Assembly (NCBI RefSeq): GCF_963921235.1
Contig: NC_086097.1
Coordinates: forward strand, 103,294,001 to 103,358,000
Length of the DNA stretch: 64,000 nt
From: Mobula hypostoma
Taxonomy: Eukaryota
Direction: 5' to 3'
Shown: positions 50,590 through 64,000 of the stretch, piece after piece
Layout of the letters: each line of letters starts with the position of its first letter
How positions within the stretch are numbered: the first letter of the stretch is position 1
Translations under genes and position numbers: made by a program
The notes under the pieces: generated by a model
Told to the model about the DNA's origin: nothing
Databases searched by the model: none
What the model saw: only the letters and a program-made list of their open reading frames with translations

Positions 50590-51995
50590 TAGAGTCAAAG
50601 AGTAATCCAGCCCTTTAGGGGAATTGGTCCATGACAACCACAGCATCCTCCATCCCAATTGCTGAATTTGGCAGATAACCCTCCAAACCCTTCCCTTCCA
50701 TGTACCTGTCCAAATGCCTCTTAAGTGTTATATTTGTACCCTCCACTGCTTCCTCTGGCAGTTCATTCCAGGTACTCTACTCTCGGTGAAGAAGTTATCT
50801 GTCAGATCTCTTTTAAATTTCTCCCCTCTTATCTTGCATTTGTGCAATCTAGTTTTGGAACCCCCCCCCCCAACTCTGAGGAGCAGGCTGACCTTATCCA
50901 CACCTCTGAGAATTCTGTAAACTTCTGAAGTCACCCTTCATTCTCCTATGCTCCAGGGATTAAAGATCCAATGTGGCCAGCCTCTCCCTATAACTCAGGC
51001 ACTCCAGTCTAGGCAACATCCACATAAATTTCTTCTGCACCCACTCTAGATTGACAATGTCTTTCCTATAACATGGTGACCAGAACTGTACACAGTACTG
51101 CAGGTGTGGCCTCATCAATGATTTGCGTTACAGCAACATAGTGTCTGTAATCCTAAACTTGATATACTGACTAATGAAGGCCAGCATGCTAAATGCCTTC
51201 TTCACCACCTTGTTTACTTGCACAGCAGCTTTCACTGAGCTGTGCACTTGGTCTCCCAGATCCCTTTGAGTCCTGCCAGTCACACTATCAGTCCTACTCT
51301 GGTTTGACTGTCCAAGTTACGTTGCCTCACACTTATCTAATTGAAATCCACCCATCTCCCTATCTAATCAAGATATCTGTAATTCATTGTAACCTGGTTC
51401 CTATCAACAAGAATCCCTAAATTAATATTGTCAGCAAACTTGGTAATTGATCTATCTACAAGGTGTACATTCATATTCAAATTATTTACATAAATAATGA
51501 ATAAGAAGTCCCAACATTGATTCCTGGGGCACACTGCCAGTCACAAGGTGAATCGACCTTCAAATTTATTATCAAGCCAATTCTGAATCCACTTCTCTAG
51601 GCCCCCCCCTGAATTCCATGTGATCTGACCTTTCATATCAGCCTGCCATGTGGAACCTTGTTTGTATACTAAAGTCTAGATAGTCAGCATCCACTGCCCT
51701 ACTTTCATCTATTGCCGTAGTTGCCTTTAGAAAAACTAAAAGATTTGTATTATATGACCTCTCATGCACAAATCAATGCTGATTATTCCTGATTAGGCTT
51801 TGACTGTAGATCTTGTCCCTCAGAAATCTGTCCAATAACTTCCCTACAACTAAAGTCATGCTAACTGGTCTGTAGGTCTCGCTTGTCCTTGCTACCTTTC
51901 TTGAACAATGGGACAACATTGGCCACCTTCCAGTCTTCTGGAACTTTGCCATTGTCCAAGAGTGCAGCAGATATCTTTACGAGGGCCTCTGCGAT
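50590..51995 (-). mobile_element. old CR1 LINE
   Basis: Decayed minus-strand motifs (PEDWKVANVVPLFKKG, RPHLQYCVQFWSP, EVYRILRGVDKV). Confidence 0.75.
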
Positions 51996-52219
51996 TTAAC
52001 ATAGAAACTTTTCTACATGGAAGTCACATAGAAACTTGTTAAAATGCCATGTGATAAATGTTTAAAAAAGCTAGCACGTTACTTCAGTGTCACTATATCT
52101 CACGCTACGGCCAATTAAACTGCCTAATGATTTGTGTCTATATTTCAGATGCCTGTATATGACAATGTTCAGTTGAGTATAATCATATCATTTTAATGTT
52201 AGCTACTTCTTGTTTTTAG

Positions 52220-52329
52220 GTTTCACTTGTGGTACCTTCAGTCATACCATCTGTTCCATTTGAGCCTGAAACTGACAATCGATCTAATTTTACCAGTGAC
52301 AGGGCCTTTCAAAATTTTAAGAAGCAAAG
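52220..52329 (+). CDS. CDAN1: codanin-1 coding exon 8
   Basis: tttttAG|GTT; VSLVVPS...[24 protein letters not shown]; donor AG|GTACAG, phase 2. Confidence 0.95.
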
Positions 52330-52699
52330 GTACAGAGATTGTTTTCTTGTATAAATATAATGTAAACATCGGATCATGATTTCAAAGCAGAAGATGCTGA
52401 TAACACTGAGAACATCAGGCAACGTTCGTGGAAGGAGAAACAATTAATGACTCCTGTCTGAGATTTGTCAGAACTGGCAAGTTAATTTTTAGTTGCAGAG
52501 AGATGGGGGAGGAATGGATGTGACAAAGGAATTATCACAGAGAAGGTCAGGACTTGGTTGTCTTGGGGATGATAAATGCAGAGATCATTCAATCGATAGA
52601 ATATTGGATATGGATAGAGCGTGAGAATATAAACAAAAGCATGTTGAAATTGTAGGACTGGGATATTGCACTAGGTCAGGGTTTTGGTTATGATGATAG

Positions 52700-54900
52700 A
52701 ATTCTGAACCAATCTCACAGATGCATGTATTATAGCAAAAATGGCCAGTTCTGATACAGAGAGCAAGTTTTCTAGTGATGTGGAGTTCAATTTGAGTCCA
52801 AAAGCTGTATGCCCAGTTGGAAGATGATGTCCTTTTCTTTAAGCTTGAGCCTCTCCGTTATATTGCAAAAGGTCAGAGAGAGAGGAATAGAGAATTAATG
52901 GAGGATTTCCAGCATCTGCAAATTTTCTCTCGTTTTTGTTGAAGAACTAGTATCAGGCAACAGCTGAAGCTTATGATTATTCCTGCAGACTGAACACAGG
53001 TCCTCCACAAAATGTTAAGACCAAATGAAATTCACTAGACGAAAGTTCAAGTGAATCATTTCTTCATCTGGAAAGGCTGTTTGGGTCCCTGCCTGGTAGG
53101 AAGGGAAGAGGTGAAAGGAAAGGTATTACTGTATCTGTACTTGCAAAGGGAAGAGTCATAGGTCAGGGAATGTTTGGTAAGGATAGAAGAGCAGACCAGG
53201 AAGTCACAAAGAAAAGATTCCCTTCAAAATATCAATGGAGGTAGAAAAAGGTGATGGAATCTGACAGACATTGTGAAGGATGATCTGTTGAAGGTGTACA
53301 CTGATGGGATGGAAGGTGAGAATCTTGTGAATTCTTCTTCCTGGTGACGGACGGTGCTAGGAGGTGAAGGGTGTGAGAACAGAAATGTAGGAAGTAGATG
53401 TGGTCGAAGGCTTTGTCCACTATGCTAAAAGAGAAACCTTGGTTTTTCAAGAAGAAAGCCATTTCAGAGACGCCTGGGTGTAAAGTTTCATCATTGGAGC
53501 AAATACTGAGGAAGAAAAGGAATTGGGAGAATGGAGTGTTGTCCTCACAGGAGACAGGGTGGACAATATATAGTCTAGATGTGGGAGTCTACAGGCTTAT
53601 AATGGATGCATGTTGCTATCCTATCTTCTGAGATAGACGGGGGAAGGGTCAGAGGTGAACCCAGTGAGGTTAGAGCAGGGAGGAAATTGATAGAAGAATG
53701 ATGTTTTTGAATTTTGTAGCAGCACTTAGACAACTGATGATGTGCTGCAAAAAGAGTTGAGGGAGTGGGCCTGAGTAGTGTACCACAAAATGACCTGAGT
53801 AGCTTTGGCCCATTTGATGTGGAGAAAGTGAAAGGAGTTGAGGTTAAGTTCAGCCAGGAGAATGAATGTATTCATGGAGAGGAACAAACAGAGTATGCTC
53901 AGATCCTTCACTGTGGGATGGAAGGGTAGATATTGTGCATCCAAGGTGAGAATGTGCTGGTTGGGGCCAGGGAATTGGAAACTGCCATTGTGAAGGACAT
54001 CCGAGTTGTAATGGAAGTAAGTGAGAAGGAACTGGATCAAGGTCAGGGTAGGAAAATAATAGTTTCAATGGGTAAGAATAAGATGAAACGATGGATCTGC
54101 CTTGACAGTCCTGCTTAGTAATGGGTTCTGCAGGACTAAGAGTTGATAAGGCTGGGAGCTACAGTGGAATGATGGTGTGAGGAAGAGAGGCCTGTGTTGG
54201 TCTGGGAGACAGTGGCCTGGAATTTTATGATGGGATTACAGTCCAGAAGAAAGTATGAAGACCTGTCTGAGAACTAATATATGGCCTCATTAAGATGGAG
54301 GTCACTTCAATAAACCACAGCAGTACAACTCTTGTCTGTTGATTTGATGATAATGTTAGGCTTGGTTCTTAGGGAGTAAAATGCTGTGAGTGGAAAAAGT
54401 CAAGACAATCATTGTCCTGTTGGAAGTTAACATTGAATGTATTTCAATATGCAAAGGGAGGGGTTGGTGCATTGGGAAATTTGGAAATGGGGTGGGGGAG
54501 GGCTTGGAGTCAGTTTTGAGGAATCCTGGTCAAAGAAGTGTTGGAAGATGTCAATGCCATGTTGAGCTCAATTTATTTAGACATGAAGGCCTCTGTTGGG
54601 GGCCAGTCATTTAGGATCAGAGAGTGATTAATCACAAGGGATGGTTGAAGCATGATAGGAGTTATGACAGAAGCTGGAGCTGGGAGAGACGAGGTGGGCG
54701 AAAATGAATGGGAAGGTAAGGCGCAGTATTGGAACTTGAGAGCTGTTGGAGCTTGCACATTTTGGCATCTGAAAATATCATTAGTGGACTATGTAAAGCA
54801 ATGGAAAGTAAAGTGTGCCTGTGGACTAGGCAATTTTGAGATGGTACGATGTTGCAGAGAGAGGTCAAAGCATGCATGTTCTGATGACTGGCTGTGAGGT
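52700..54900 (-). mobile_element. highly decayed Penelope-like element body
   Basis: Fragments such as MAFFLKNQGFSFSIVDKAF, LTLDAQ..., ILLAELNLNSF resemble Penelope RT/thumb; pLTR-like remnant at ~52380-52480. Confidence 0.5.
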
Positions 54901-56004
54901 GATCTCAGAATGTCAAGTGAAGGGTGCCTTGAAACAAGCTGTGCAGTGTGAACAGTGGCAGCGTGGTACAGCTTCCGGAGCTCCTCACAGCTCTAGTGAC
55001 CCAGATTCAATCCTGATTTTAGGTGGTGTCAGTGAGGAATTTTCGCATTTTCTATTTGACTGTGTGGTTTCTCCCTGCATTCTAAAATTGTTCAGGTCGG
55101 TGGCTTATTTGACTGCTATAAGTTGCTTGTGTATGTAGACGTTGGTGTAGTGGAGGTGATGGGAATGTGAGTAAATAAAATGTGCTAGAGTAGGATTGGT
55201 GTTATAAAAGGGGTGCTTGTTGGTTAGTGGGCTAAAGTACCCATTTCTTTGCTGTACCCATGTGACTCTGTACTTAATGAACCAGGGTGGGTCTGAATTC
55301 TGAAATGTGGAATCTTAGTTGAAATCTGTGTCCGATGAGTTGGAGCTGGAGACATTTGCTTGCCACATTTCTTTCCTTAGTAAATGATTAAAAGTATCGT
55401 TAAAAGATTTTTTAAAACAATTATGTATTTATTTATAATAAATTAATATTTAATAAAAATTACCACATTTTTAAAGTATGCATAAGGTTCTATAAGAATG
55501 CATTATAAAAATGCGGTGCCTGAATGTAGAGCATTACTAAACTTCAGTAGTATTACTTGGAATCTGAAAGATATCGAAATGGCCCGTTTGGAGTTCATAG
55601 CTTTTGTTGGTTGAAATGCACCATATGAACCTCTTTCCACTACTTTTTTTTTAACAGAACTTTCATTTATCTCTTTGTGTCCGTAATCAGATTCACACCA
55701 AATACATTTGTGCTGTTTGCTAATTTATGATTGTGAATTTAACATCTGTCCTGCTCTGCTTAGATTAAAGTAGGTTTTCTTGAATTCCATAATCAATTAC
55801 TATAATATATTTTTGAGTATTGTTTTAGTCTCCATCCTGCACTGTCAGTCCCCTTAGTCTTACAAAGTTAAATCTTTGTAATTATCTTGAAATGTGTTTC
55901 TTAATGTAAATCTATCTGTAGATGATCAAATTTACTCTCTGTCAAAGAATGTGCAAAAGGTACTTTTTAAGATTGAAGAACATCATTCATTGATTATCTT
56001 CCAG

Positions 56005-56094
56005 AGACATCTTTTATGAGCTGCTGCGTGAATGGGAAGATAAGCACTCAAATCCTGGTTGGGAGTTTGAGAGAGCAATGGGTCTTCGAATCAG
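56005..56094 (+). CDS. CDAN1: codanin-1 coding exon 9 (last exon found; gene continues beyond window)
   Basis: cttcc[32 protein letters not shown]; donor AG|GTATCA, phase 2. Confidence 0.95.
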
Positions 56095-58175
56095 GTATCA
56101 CCATCCCAGAATTAGAGAAAATGTATACTGCAGAAGTTTAATGGATTTAGCGTGCTCTTGCCAGTCTAAAGAGAGCCACTCAGTCTGATCCCTACTTCGA
56201 ACGCTGGTTTCTTGAACCCACAGGTCACAGCTCTTCAAGTTCACATCCAAGTTGTATTGATCTATGTTTCTGCTTCCACCACCCTCTCACACATATGTTT
56301 TAAACGTCTGCCATGCACTGGGGAAAATAATTTTCCTCACCTCAAATTCCAGTTGATTAGTTACTTTAAATCTAATGGTTTCTGACCTTTCTGTGAAAGG
56401 AAATCAGTCCTTCCTGTTTACTCCTTCTCAGTCTGTTATCATTTTGTACACCCCAATTGTGTCTGCCTGCACTCCTTTGTTCTATTGAAATTAATGCCAA
56501 CTTCTGCAATATTTCCTCTTAGATTCAATTTTCCAATCCTGGAACCATTCTCATAAGTTTCCCTTGTGCCCTCCCTTGTGAGGTCACATCTTTGTATCGT
56601 TAGTTGTATTTTAGAGATATATCATGGTAACAAGCCCTTCTGGCCCAACGAGTCCACGCTGCCTGATTATACAATGTGACCAACTAATCTACGAACTTTT
56701 ACTTTTTGGAATGTGGGAGGAAACAGGTGCACCTGGAGGAAACACAGTCACGGGGAGGATGTACAAACTCCTTAAAGACAGTGGCAGAATTGGTGCTATA
56801 ATACTGTTATGTTAACCTCTACACAACCGTTGTGACCTAGTACTAAACATGATACTCAATCTAAATCCTAACTGGGTTTACTTATGCTGGTAGAATATTC
56901 TTGATCTTTTATTCAGCCCCTCAGTTTATGAAGAAAGATTTTCTTTTTGATCCCAACTTTTAAGGATCCACGAATGTTTACTTAACTGACTGTTGATTGG
57001 TTCTTCTACACCACCTAATGTCCTTCAATTTATTGTGTATTCCCGTGTTTTGTTGATCCTTCTCAAATGTCTTATCCTAGTTCTCTGGAACGGATTCCAT
57101 TTTCTTTTTTTTGTCTAACTTATTAAGCAAACTATTTCTCCTGCAATCTAAGCTGAACTCCTCACTGCCAACCATACAGCCAAATTTTGTTTCATCATCA
57201 CTGTGCTTCCAATAATGTAATTATTAACATGTATAATTGCAACACAACAGTTTGGCAATGCTAATTCTCACTGATCTATGGGATTAAACTAAGGTGTTTG
57301 CTGTGGAATAAAACTGAAGGTTGTTAGGCTCCCTGTTTAAAATGTTCCAAATCTGTATCTGAAATAATTATTATGGTCTGGTCATGTGATTATCCCTTTC
57401 CAACACTCCCCTCCCCCACCCTCCCCTCAGATCAACAGTAGAATTTCCTGGTCCTTCCAGGCCAGGGAGAGGCAGGTTTAAACCCTCAGTCTGACTTTAC
57501 TCGAGTGGTGTGGAGATTGAATTTGACAGAAAATTAAAGACAAAGTGTGTCATGGAGAAAGCCTCTGTATATTGGTAAATTTTTGTACATGTTTTCATTT
57601 TTTTTTGTAAATACATATTTTCTTCACAACTTTTGGGCAGCTTTTGCATTTTTTCAGCTGGCACCATATAAAACCCTTTGTACTAAGGAGCTATTCTGGT
57701 TAACCATCTGTTTTTTTTCAACTGGTGACCCTCGTCGGGCATGCTTACCCACACCTGATAGCGAGGTGTGACAATAGTACTGTGTAAAAGTCTTACTATA
57801 TTTGTATAGCGAGTTTGTGGGAACAAATGATGTTGGGAATGGCGAAAATGGAGTACCGCTGGTGTGGTGTGGGACAGGTGGTGGAGAAGGACTGGAGGGG
57901 TTGTGGGGGGGGGGGGCGCGTATGCAGACACTAGGCAAGGTCATTTGATTCCAAACAACTGGTTTATTGATCATTACAGAATGTCTCTCTGGTGCTTCCT
58001 CACGCCCCCTCCCTTCCCTTTTTCCCAAGCATGATTCCCCTCTCACTGCCACCTTCCCACTCCTCAGTCCACAATGCAAACCCATATCAGAATCTGGTTT
58101 ATCGTCACTCACATACTGTATGTCAGGAAATTTGTTTTTTGCGGGAGCAGTACAATACAATACATAAAATTACTG

Positions 58176-58242
58176 CAGTACTGTGCAAAAGTCTTGGGCA
58201 CTCTAGCTCTACATTTGTGCCTAAGACTTTTGCACAGTACTG
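58176..58242. mobile_element. 67-bp Tc1-type palindromic MITE (additional TIR copy at ~57775)
   Basis: CAGTACTGTGCAAAAGTCTTGGGCAC / GTGCCTAAGACTTTTGCACAGTACTG, 15-nt spacer, followed by TA. Confidence 0.85.
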
Positions 58243-58869
58243 TATAACAAAAAGCAAGGAACTGACAGAGTCAGTTACAAAAGCATTCTTCAGATTCCAT
58301 CCCTTGCTGGCTGCCACTGAGACAATTTTGAATCTCATTTGCAAGTTTCTTTGAATAGTGTGTGACTTTACTTTCTTTTAGTCTGCCTGCCCTATACGAC
58401 TTTGTCAAAGGTCTTGGGGAAAAATCCAAGTGGATAATGTCGGCCGTTCTAGTTGACCCTCCTTGTTACTGGTTTGAAAAAAAAGTCAGTTGTTGGTCAG
58501 TAATTTCTGTATTGCAGCCTGTGCCATGTGCCAATGAGGGTAGAAACAGGATGATTTTACAGATTAATGTGTGGCTGTGAAGCTGGTGTAGAGGGTAGGG
58601 CTTCAGGTTCTTGGATCAATGGGATCTCTTCTGGAGAAGGTATGAACTGCACAAAGGTGATGGATTGCACCTGAACCCGAGGGGGACCAATGTTCTTGCG
58701 GGCAGGTTTGTTAGAGCTGTTGGGGAGAGTTTTCACTAATTTGCAGGGGTGTGGGAACTGGAGTGAAGGGACTTAGGATAGTATGAATGGTAAAAAAAAA
58801 AGCAAAGCATGCAGTTGGACTTCCAGGAAGGGCAGGCAGCTGATAGGACAAAATTGCATCCAACAGGGT

Positions 58870-61800
58870 CAGAAAACTGGGTCACTGTCAAGAGAGGGAA
58901 GGGAAATGCCCGGATAGTGGAGAGCACACCTGTGGCTGCCCCCCTCAGCAACAAATATCTTGTTTTGGATGCTATTGAGAGGACGCCCACGGTGACCGGG
59001 TCTCTGGCACTGAGCCTGGCGCTGTTGTGCAGGAGAGAAGGAGGGAGAAGAGGAATGCAGTAGTCATAGGGGATTCCATAATCAGGGGAATGGACAGGAG
59101 ATTCTGTGAGCCTGATAGAGATACCCACATGGTGTTTTGCCTCCCAGGTGCCAGGGTACGGGATGTCTCGGATCGGGTCCTGAATATTCTGAAGGGGGAG
59201 GGTGAGCAGCCAGTGGTCTTGGTACATGTTGGTACCAATGACATAGAAAGGACAAAGGAGGAGGTCCTGAAGAGAAATTTCTGGGAGTTAGGAAGAAAGC
59301 TGAAAAGCAGGACCTCCAGGGTAGTAATTTCGGGATTGCTACCTGTGCCACGTACTAGCGAAGGCAAGAATAGTAGGATCAGGCAGATGAATGAGTGGCT
59401 GAGAGACTGGTGCAGGGGGCAGGGTTTCAGATTCTTGGATAATTGGGCTCTCTTCTGGGGGAAGTATGACCTGTTCAAAAAGGACAGGTTACACCTGAAC
59501 CCGAAAGGGACCAATATCCTGGCGGGAAAGTTTAATAGAGCTGTTAGGGAGGGTTTAAACTAATTTGGCAGGGGGATGGGAACCGGAATGGCAGAGCATA
59601 GGAAGGGGAAAACAGAAGTAAATCTAAGATAGTGAATAGTAAAGATGTCAGGAAAGACAGGCAGGTGATGGGGCAAATTTGTAGCCATTGGGATGAGTTG
59701 CAGTGCAATAAAGTTGCAGTGAAATCAAAGCGAAAAGTACCAAATACTGGTCTTAAGGTGTTATACTTAAATGCACACAGCATAAGGAATAAGGTGGATG
59801 ATCTTGTCGTACAGCTACAGATTGGCAGGTATGATATTGTGGCCATCACTGAGACGTGGCTAAAGGATGCATGTCTCTGGGAGTTGAACGTCCAAGGGTA
59901 CTCGGTGTATCGGAAGGATAGGAAGGTAGGCAGAGGGGGAGGCGTGGCTTTATTGGTAAGAAATGATATTAAATCATTAGAAAGAGGTGATATAGGATCA
60001 GAAGGTGCAGAATCTTTATGGGTTGAGCTAAGAAATCGCAGGGGTAAAAGGACCCTGATGGCAGTTATTTATAGGCCTCCAAACAGTTGCAGGGATATGG
60101 ACTACAAATTACTACAGGAAATAGAAAAGGCTTGTCAGAAGGGCAGTGTTATGATAATTGTGGAGGATTTTAACGTGTGAGTGGATTGGGAAAATCAGGT
60201 CAGCACTGGATCTCAAGAGAGAGAATTTGTAGAATGTCCACGAGATGGCTTTTTAGAACAGCTTGTTGTTGAGCCCACTAGGGGATCGGCTGTACTAGAT
60301 TGGGTATTGTGTAACGAACCAGAGGTGATTAGAGAGATTGAGGTGAAGGAACCCTTAGGAGGCAGTGATCATAACATGATTGAGTTCACTCTAAAATTTG
60401 AAAAAGAGAAGCCGAAATCTGATGTGTCGGTATTTCAGTGGAGTAAAGGAAATTACAGTGGCATGAGAGAGGAACTGGCCAAAGTTGACTGGAAAGGGAC
60501 ACTGGCGGGAAAGACAGCACAGCAGCAGTGGCTGGAGTTTATGCGAGAAGTGAGGAAGGTGCAAGACAGGTACATTCCAAAAAAGAAGAAATTTTCGAAT
60601 GGAAAAAGGATGCAACCGTGGTTGACAAGAGAAGTCAAAGCCAAGGTTAAAGCAAAGGAGAGGGCATACAAGGAAGCAAAAATTAGTGGGAAGACAGAGG
60701 ATTGGGAAGTTTTTAAGTGTTTACAAAAGGAAACTAAGAAGGTCATTAAGAGGGAAAAGATTAACTATGAAAGGAAGCTAGCAAATAATATCAAAGTGGA
60801 TACGAAAAGTTTTTTCAAGTATATGAAGAGTAAAAGACAGGTGAGAGTAGATATAGGACCGATAGAAAATGATGCTGGAGAAATTGTAATGGGAGATAAG
60901 GAGATGGCGGAGGAACTGAACGAGTATTTTTCATCATCTTCACTGAGGAAGACATCAGCAGTATACCGGACACTCAAGGGTGGCAGGGAAGAGAAGTGTG
61001 CGCAGTCACAATTACGACAGAGAAAGTACTCAGGAAGCTGAATAGTCTAAAGGTAGATAAATCTCCCGGACCAGATGGAATGCACCCGCGTGTTCTGAAG
61101 GAAGTAGCTGTGGAGATTGCGGAGGCATTAGCGATGATCTTTCAAAAGTCAATAGATTCTGGCATGGTTCCGAAGGACTGGAAGATTGCAAATGTCACTC
61201 CGCTTTTTAAGAAGGGGGCAAGGAAGCAAAAAGGAAATTATAGACCTGTTAGCTTGACATTGGTGGTTGGGAAGTCATTGGAGTCGATTGTCAAGAGGTT
61301 ACAGAGTACCTGGAGGCATATGACAAGATAGGCAGAACTCAACATGGATTCCTTAAAGGAAATCATGCCTGACAAACCTATTACAATTTTTTGAGGAAAT
61401 TACCAGTAAGCTAGACAAGGGAGATGCAGTGGTATTGTATATTTGGATTTTCAGAAGGCCTTTGACAAGGTGCCACACATGAGGCTACTTAACAAGATAA
61501 GAGCGCATGGAATTACGGGAAAGTTACATACGTGGATAGAGTGTTGGCTGATTGGCAGGAAACAGAGAGTGGGAATAAAGGGATCCTATTCTGGTTGGCT
61601 CCCAGTGGTGTTCCACAGGGGTCCATGTTGGGGCCGCTTCTATTTACATTGTACATCAACGATTTGGATTATGGAATAGATGGCTTTGTGGCTAAGTTTG
61701 CTGACGATACGAAGATAGGTGGAGGGACCGGTAGTGCTGAGGAAACGGAGAGTCTGCAGAGAGACTTGGGTAGATTGGAAGAATGGGCAAAGAAGTGGCA

Positions 61801-62742
61801 AATGAAATACAATGTTGGAAAGTGTATGGTTATGCACTTTGGCAGAAGAAATAAACGGGCAGACTATTATTTAAATGAGGAAAGAATTCAAAGTTCTGAG
61901 ATGCAACAGGCCTTGGGAGTCCTCGTATAGGGTACCCTTAAGGTTAACTTCCAGGTTGAGTCGGTGGTGAAGAAGGCGAATGCAGTGTTGGCATTCATTT
62001 CTAGAGGAATAGAGTATAGCAGCCGGGATGTGATGTTGAGGCTCTATAAGGCACTGGTGAGACTTCACTTGGAGTACTGTGGGCAGTTTTGGTCTCCTTA
62101 TTAAAGAAAGGATGTGCTGACGTTGGAGAGGGTACAGAGAAGATTCAGTAGAATGATTCCGGGAATGAGAGGGTTAACATATGAGGAACGTTTGTCCGCT
62201 CTTGGACTGTATTCCTTGGAGTTTAGAAGAATGAGGGGAGACGTCATGGAAACATTTCGAATGTTGAAAGGCATGGACAGAGTGGATGTGGCAAAGTTGT
62301 TTCCCATGATGGGGGAGTCTAGTACGAGAGGGCATGACTTAAGGATTGAAGGGCGCCCATTCAGAACAGAAATGCAAAGAAATTTTTTTAGTCAGAGGGT
62401 GGTGAATCTATGGAATTTGTTGCCACGGGCAGCAGTGGAGGCCAAGTCATTGGGTGTCTTTAAGGCAGAGATTGATAGGTATCTGAGTGTCCGTTTAAAA
62501 CAGATATGGAAAAATTTCTATAGCCAGCGGGTGGTGAATTTGTGGAATTTACTACCACAGCCAGCTGTGGAGGCCAGGTCATTAGGTGTATTTAAGGCAG
62601 AGCTCAATAGGTTCTTTATTGGACACTGCTTCAAAGGTTCTGGGGAGAAGGCCATGGAGTGGGGCTGAGGAGGGTAAGAAATGACGGAGCAGACTTGATG
62701 GGGCCAAATGGCCTAATGCTTCTTCTATGTGTTATGGTCTTA
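58870..62742 (+). mobile_element. near full-length CR1 LINE: ORF1 SGNH-esterase domain, ORF2 APE endonuclease and RT, disrupted
   Basis: ORF 59027-59563 (VIGDSII, VHVGTND, DRLHLN); 59632-61041 (YLNAHSI, ITETWL, IYRPP, GSDHN) with one stop at 60178; RT motifs to 62668. Confidence 0.95.
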
Positions 62743-63319
62743 CAACTTCTGCTCAGCAAATCTATGATAATTTTTATAGCCTCCTTAACGAAACTTGTAC
62801 TTTATTCCTCAGAATCAATTCTAGCAATTAGCCAAGTACCATTGGCCTATAATTGATATATTCTCTCTTATCTTCGACAGCAGAGTGTTAATTGTCCTCC
62901 AACTGTCAGCTGCTGAGTGTGTGTTCATGGTCTTCTGCCATAAGGTTCAGTGTATTGTGCATTCAGAGATGCTCTTCTCCACACCATTATTACAATTCAT
63001 AGTTATTTGAGTTATTGTTGTCTTCCTGTCAGCTTGAACTAGTCTGGCCATTCTCCTCTGACCTCCTTCATTAGTAAGGGGCTTTCACCCACAAATGTCG
63101 CTCATTGTCTGTATTTTGTTTCTCACACAACTCTGTGTGTGAACTCTAGAGACTGTTGTGAGTGAAAATCCCTGAAGATCAGCAGTTTCTGAGATTCTCA
63201 ACCCAGCCCTTCTGACACCAAAAAAAACATTTCACAGTTGAAGTTACTTAGATCACATTTCTTCCCCATTCTGATGTTTGGTTTGAATGACAACTGAACC
63301 TCTTGACCATGTCGAATCA

Positions 63320-64000
63320 CAAACCAGAGAAAATCTGAAGATGCTAGAAATGTAAGCAACACACGCAAAATGCTGGAGTAACTCAGCAGGCCAGGCAGCA
63401 TCGATGGAAAAGAGTATGGTTGATGTTTCAGGCTGAGACCCTTCATCGGGACAGGAGAAAGACAGGGAATCAGAGTTAGAAGGTGGGTGTGAGGGGAGGA
63501 AGAAACACAAGGTGATAGGTGAAATCAGGAGGATGGGGGAGGGATGAAGTAAAGAGCTGGGAATGTGATTGGTGCAAGAGATACAGGGCTGCAGCAGGAG
63601 AATCTGATGGGGGAGTACATAAAGTCATGGAAGAAAGAAAAGAGGAAGGAGCGCCAGAGGGAGTTGATGGACAGGGAAGGAAATGAGAGAGGGAGAAGGG
63701 ATTGGGGAATGCTGAAGGGGGGTGAGGGTGGCATTACTAGAAGTTTGAGAAATTGATGCTCATGCTATCAGGTTGGAGACTACCCTCCCCCCATCCCTTG
63801 CTTTATGCTTTCCGCAGGGTTGCGCCCTATGCGACTCCCTTTTCCAGTCATCTTGCCCCAGTATTCTCCCTCGTGATGCTACACCTGCCTCTACATCTCC
63901 TTGCTCGTTACCATTCAGGGCTCCAAACAGGCCTTTCAGGTGAGGTGACACTTCACCTGTGAGTCTTTTGGGGTCATCTACTGTATCTGGTGCTCCTGGT
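63320..64000. mobile_element. Penelope-like element with inverted parts (pLTR minus 63320-63785; GIY-YIG region plus 63790-64000)
   Basis: Minus pLTR with degenerate hammerhead motif 63418-63453; plus strand FQVR.HFTCESFGVIYCIWCS is the GIY-YIG N-terminus. Confidence 0.75.

Noticed and set aside
59027..59563. Host or bacterial SGNH/GDSL hydrolase gene
   Set aside because: Directly precedes APE-RT ORF2; esterase domains are a known part of CR1 ORF1.
56095..64000. CDAN1 exon 10
   Set aside because: No segment encoding the expected HF.RLFQKQLLQ-like peptide with splice sites was found; it probably lies beyond the window.
1..64000. Most short ORFs of the six-frame track as independent genes
   Set aside because: They are fragments or antisense shadows of LINE, LTR and DNA-transposon sequence, or chance ORFs with non-ATG starts.

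Overview
Eukaryotic (vertebrate) genomic DNA, not prokaryotic. The repeat content (CR1 LINEs, Penelope-like elements, V-SINE/DeuSINE-like SINEs) suggests a cartilaginous fish, probably a ray; this is inference. The window holds the CpG-rich promoter and first nine coding exons of codanin-1 (CDAN1, + strand; 1658 coding nt, all GT-AG, phases consistent), and the gene continues past the window. Introns are packed with nested transposons. Highlights: (1) Penelope-derived inserts carrying minimal type-I hammerhead ribozyme motifs, two intact and flanked by target-site duplications, almost all antisense to CDAN1; (2) a 4-kb class III (ERV-L/HERV-S-like) endogenous retrovirus with tRNA-Ser PBS, ERV-L-type gag/pro remnants, deleted RT and a gamma-type env, in sense orientation 230 bp after exon 5; (3) a young RTE LINE with a twin-priming-type 5' inversion; (4) a deleted Gypsy element with PNMA-like gag and tRNA-Pro PBS plus related solo LTRs; (5) a Harbinger MITE hosting a 63-bp minisatellite, a full-length decayed IR/DR Tc1, hairpin micro-insertions and a local inverted duplication. 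All homology calls are by eye, without database searches; boundaries of old repeats are approximate.
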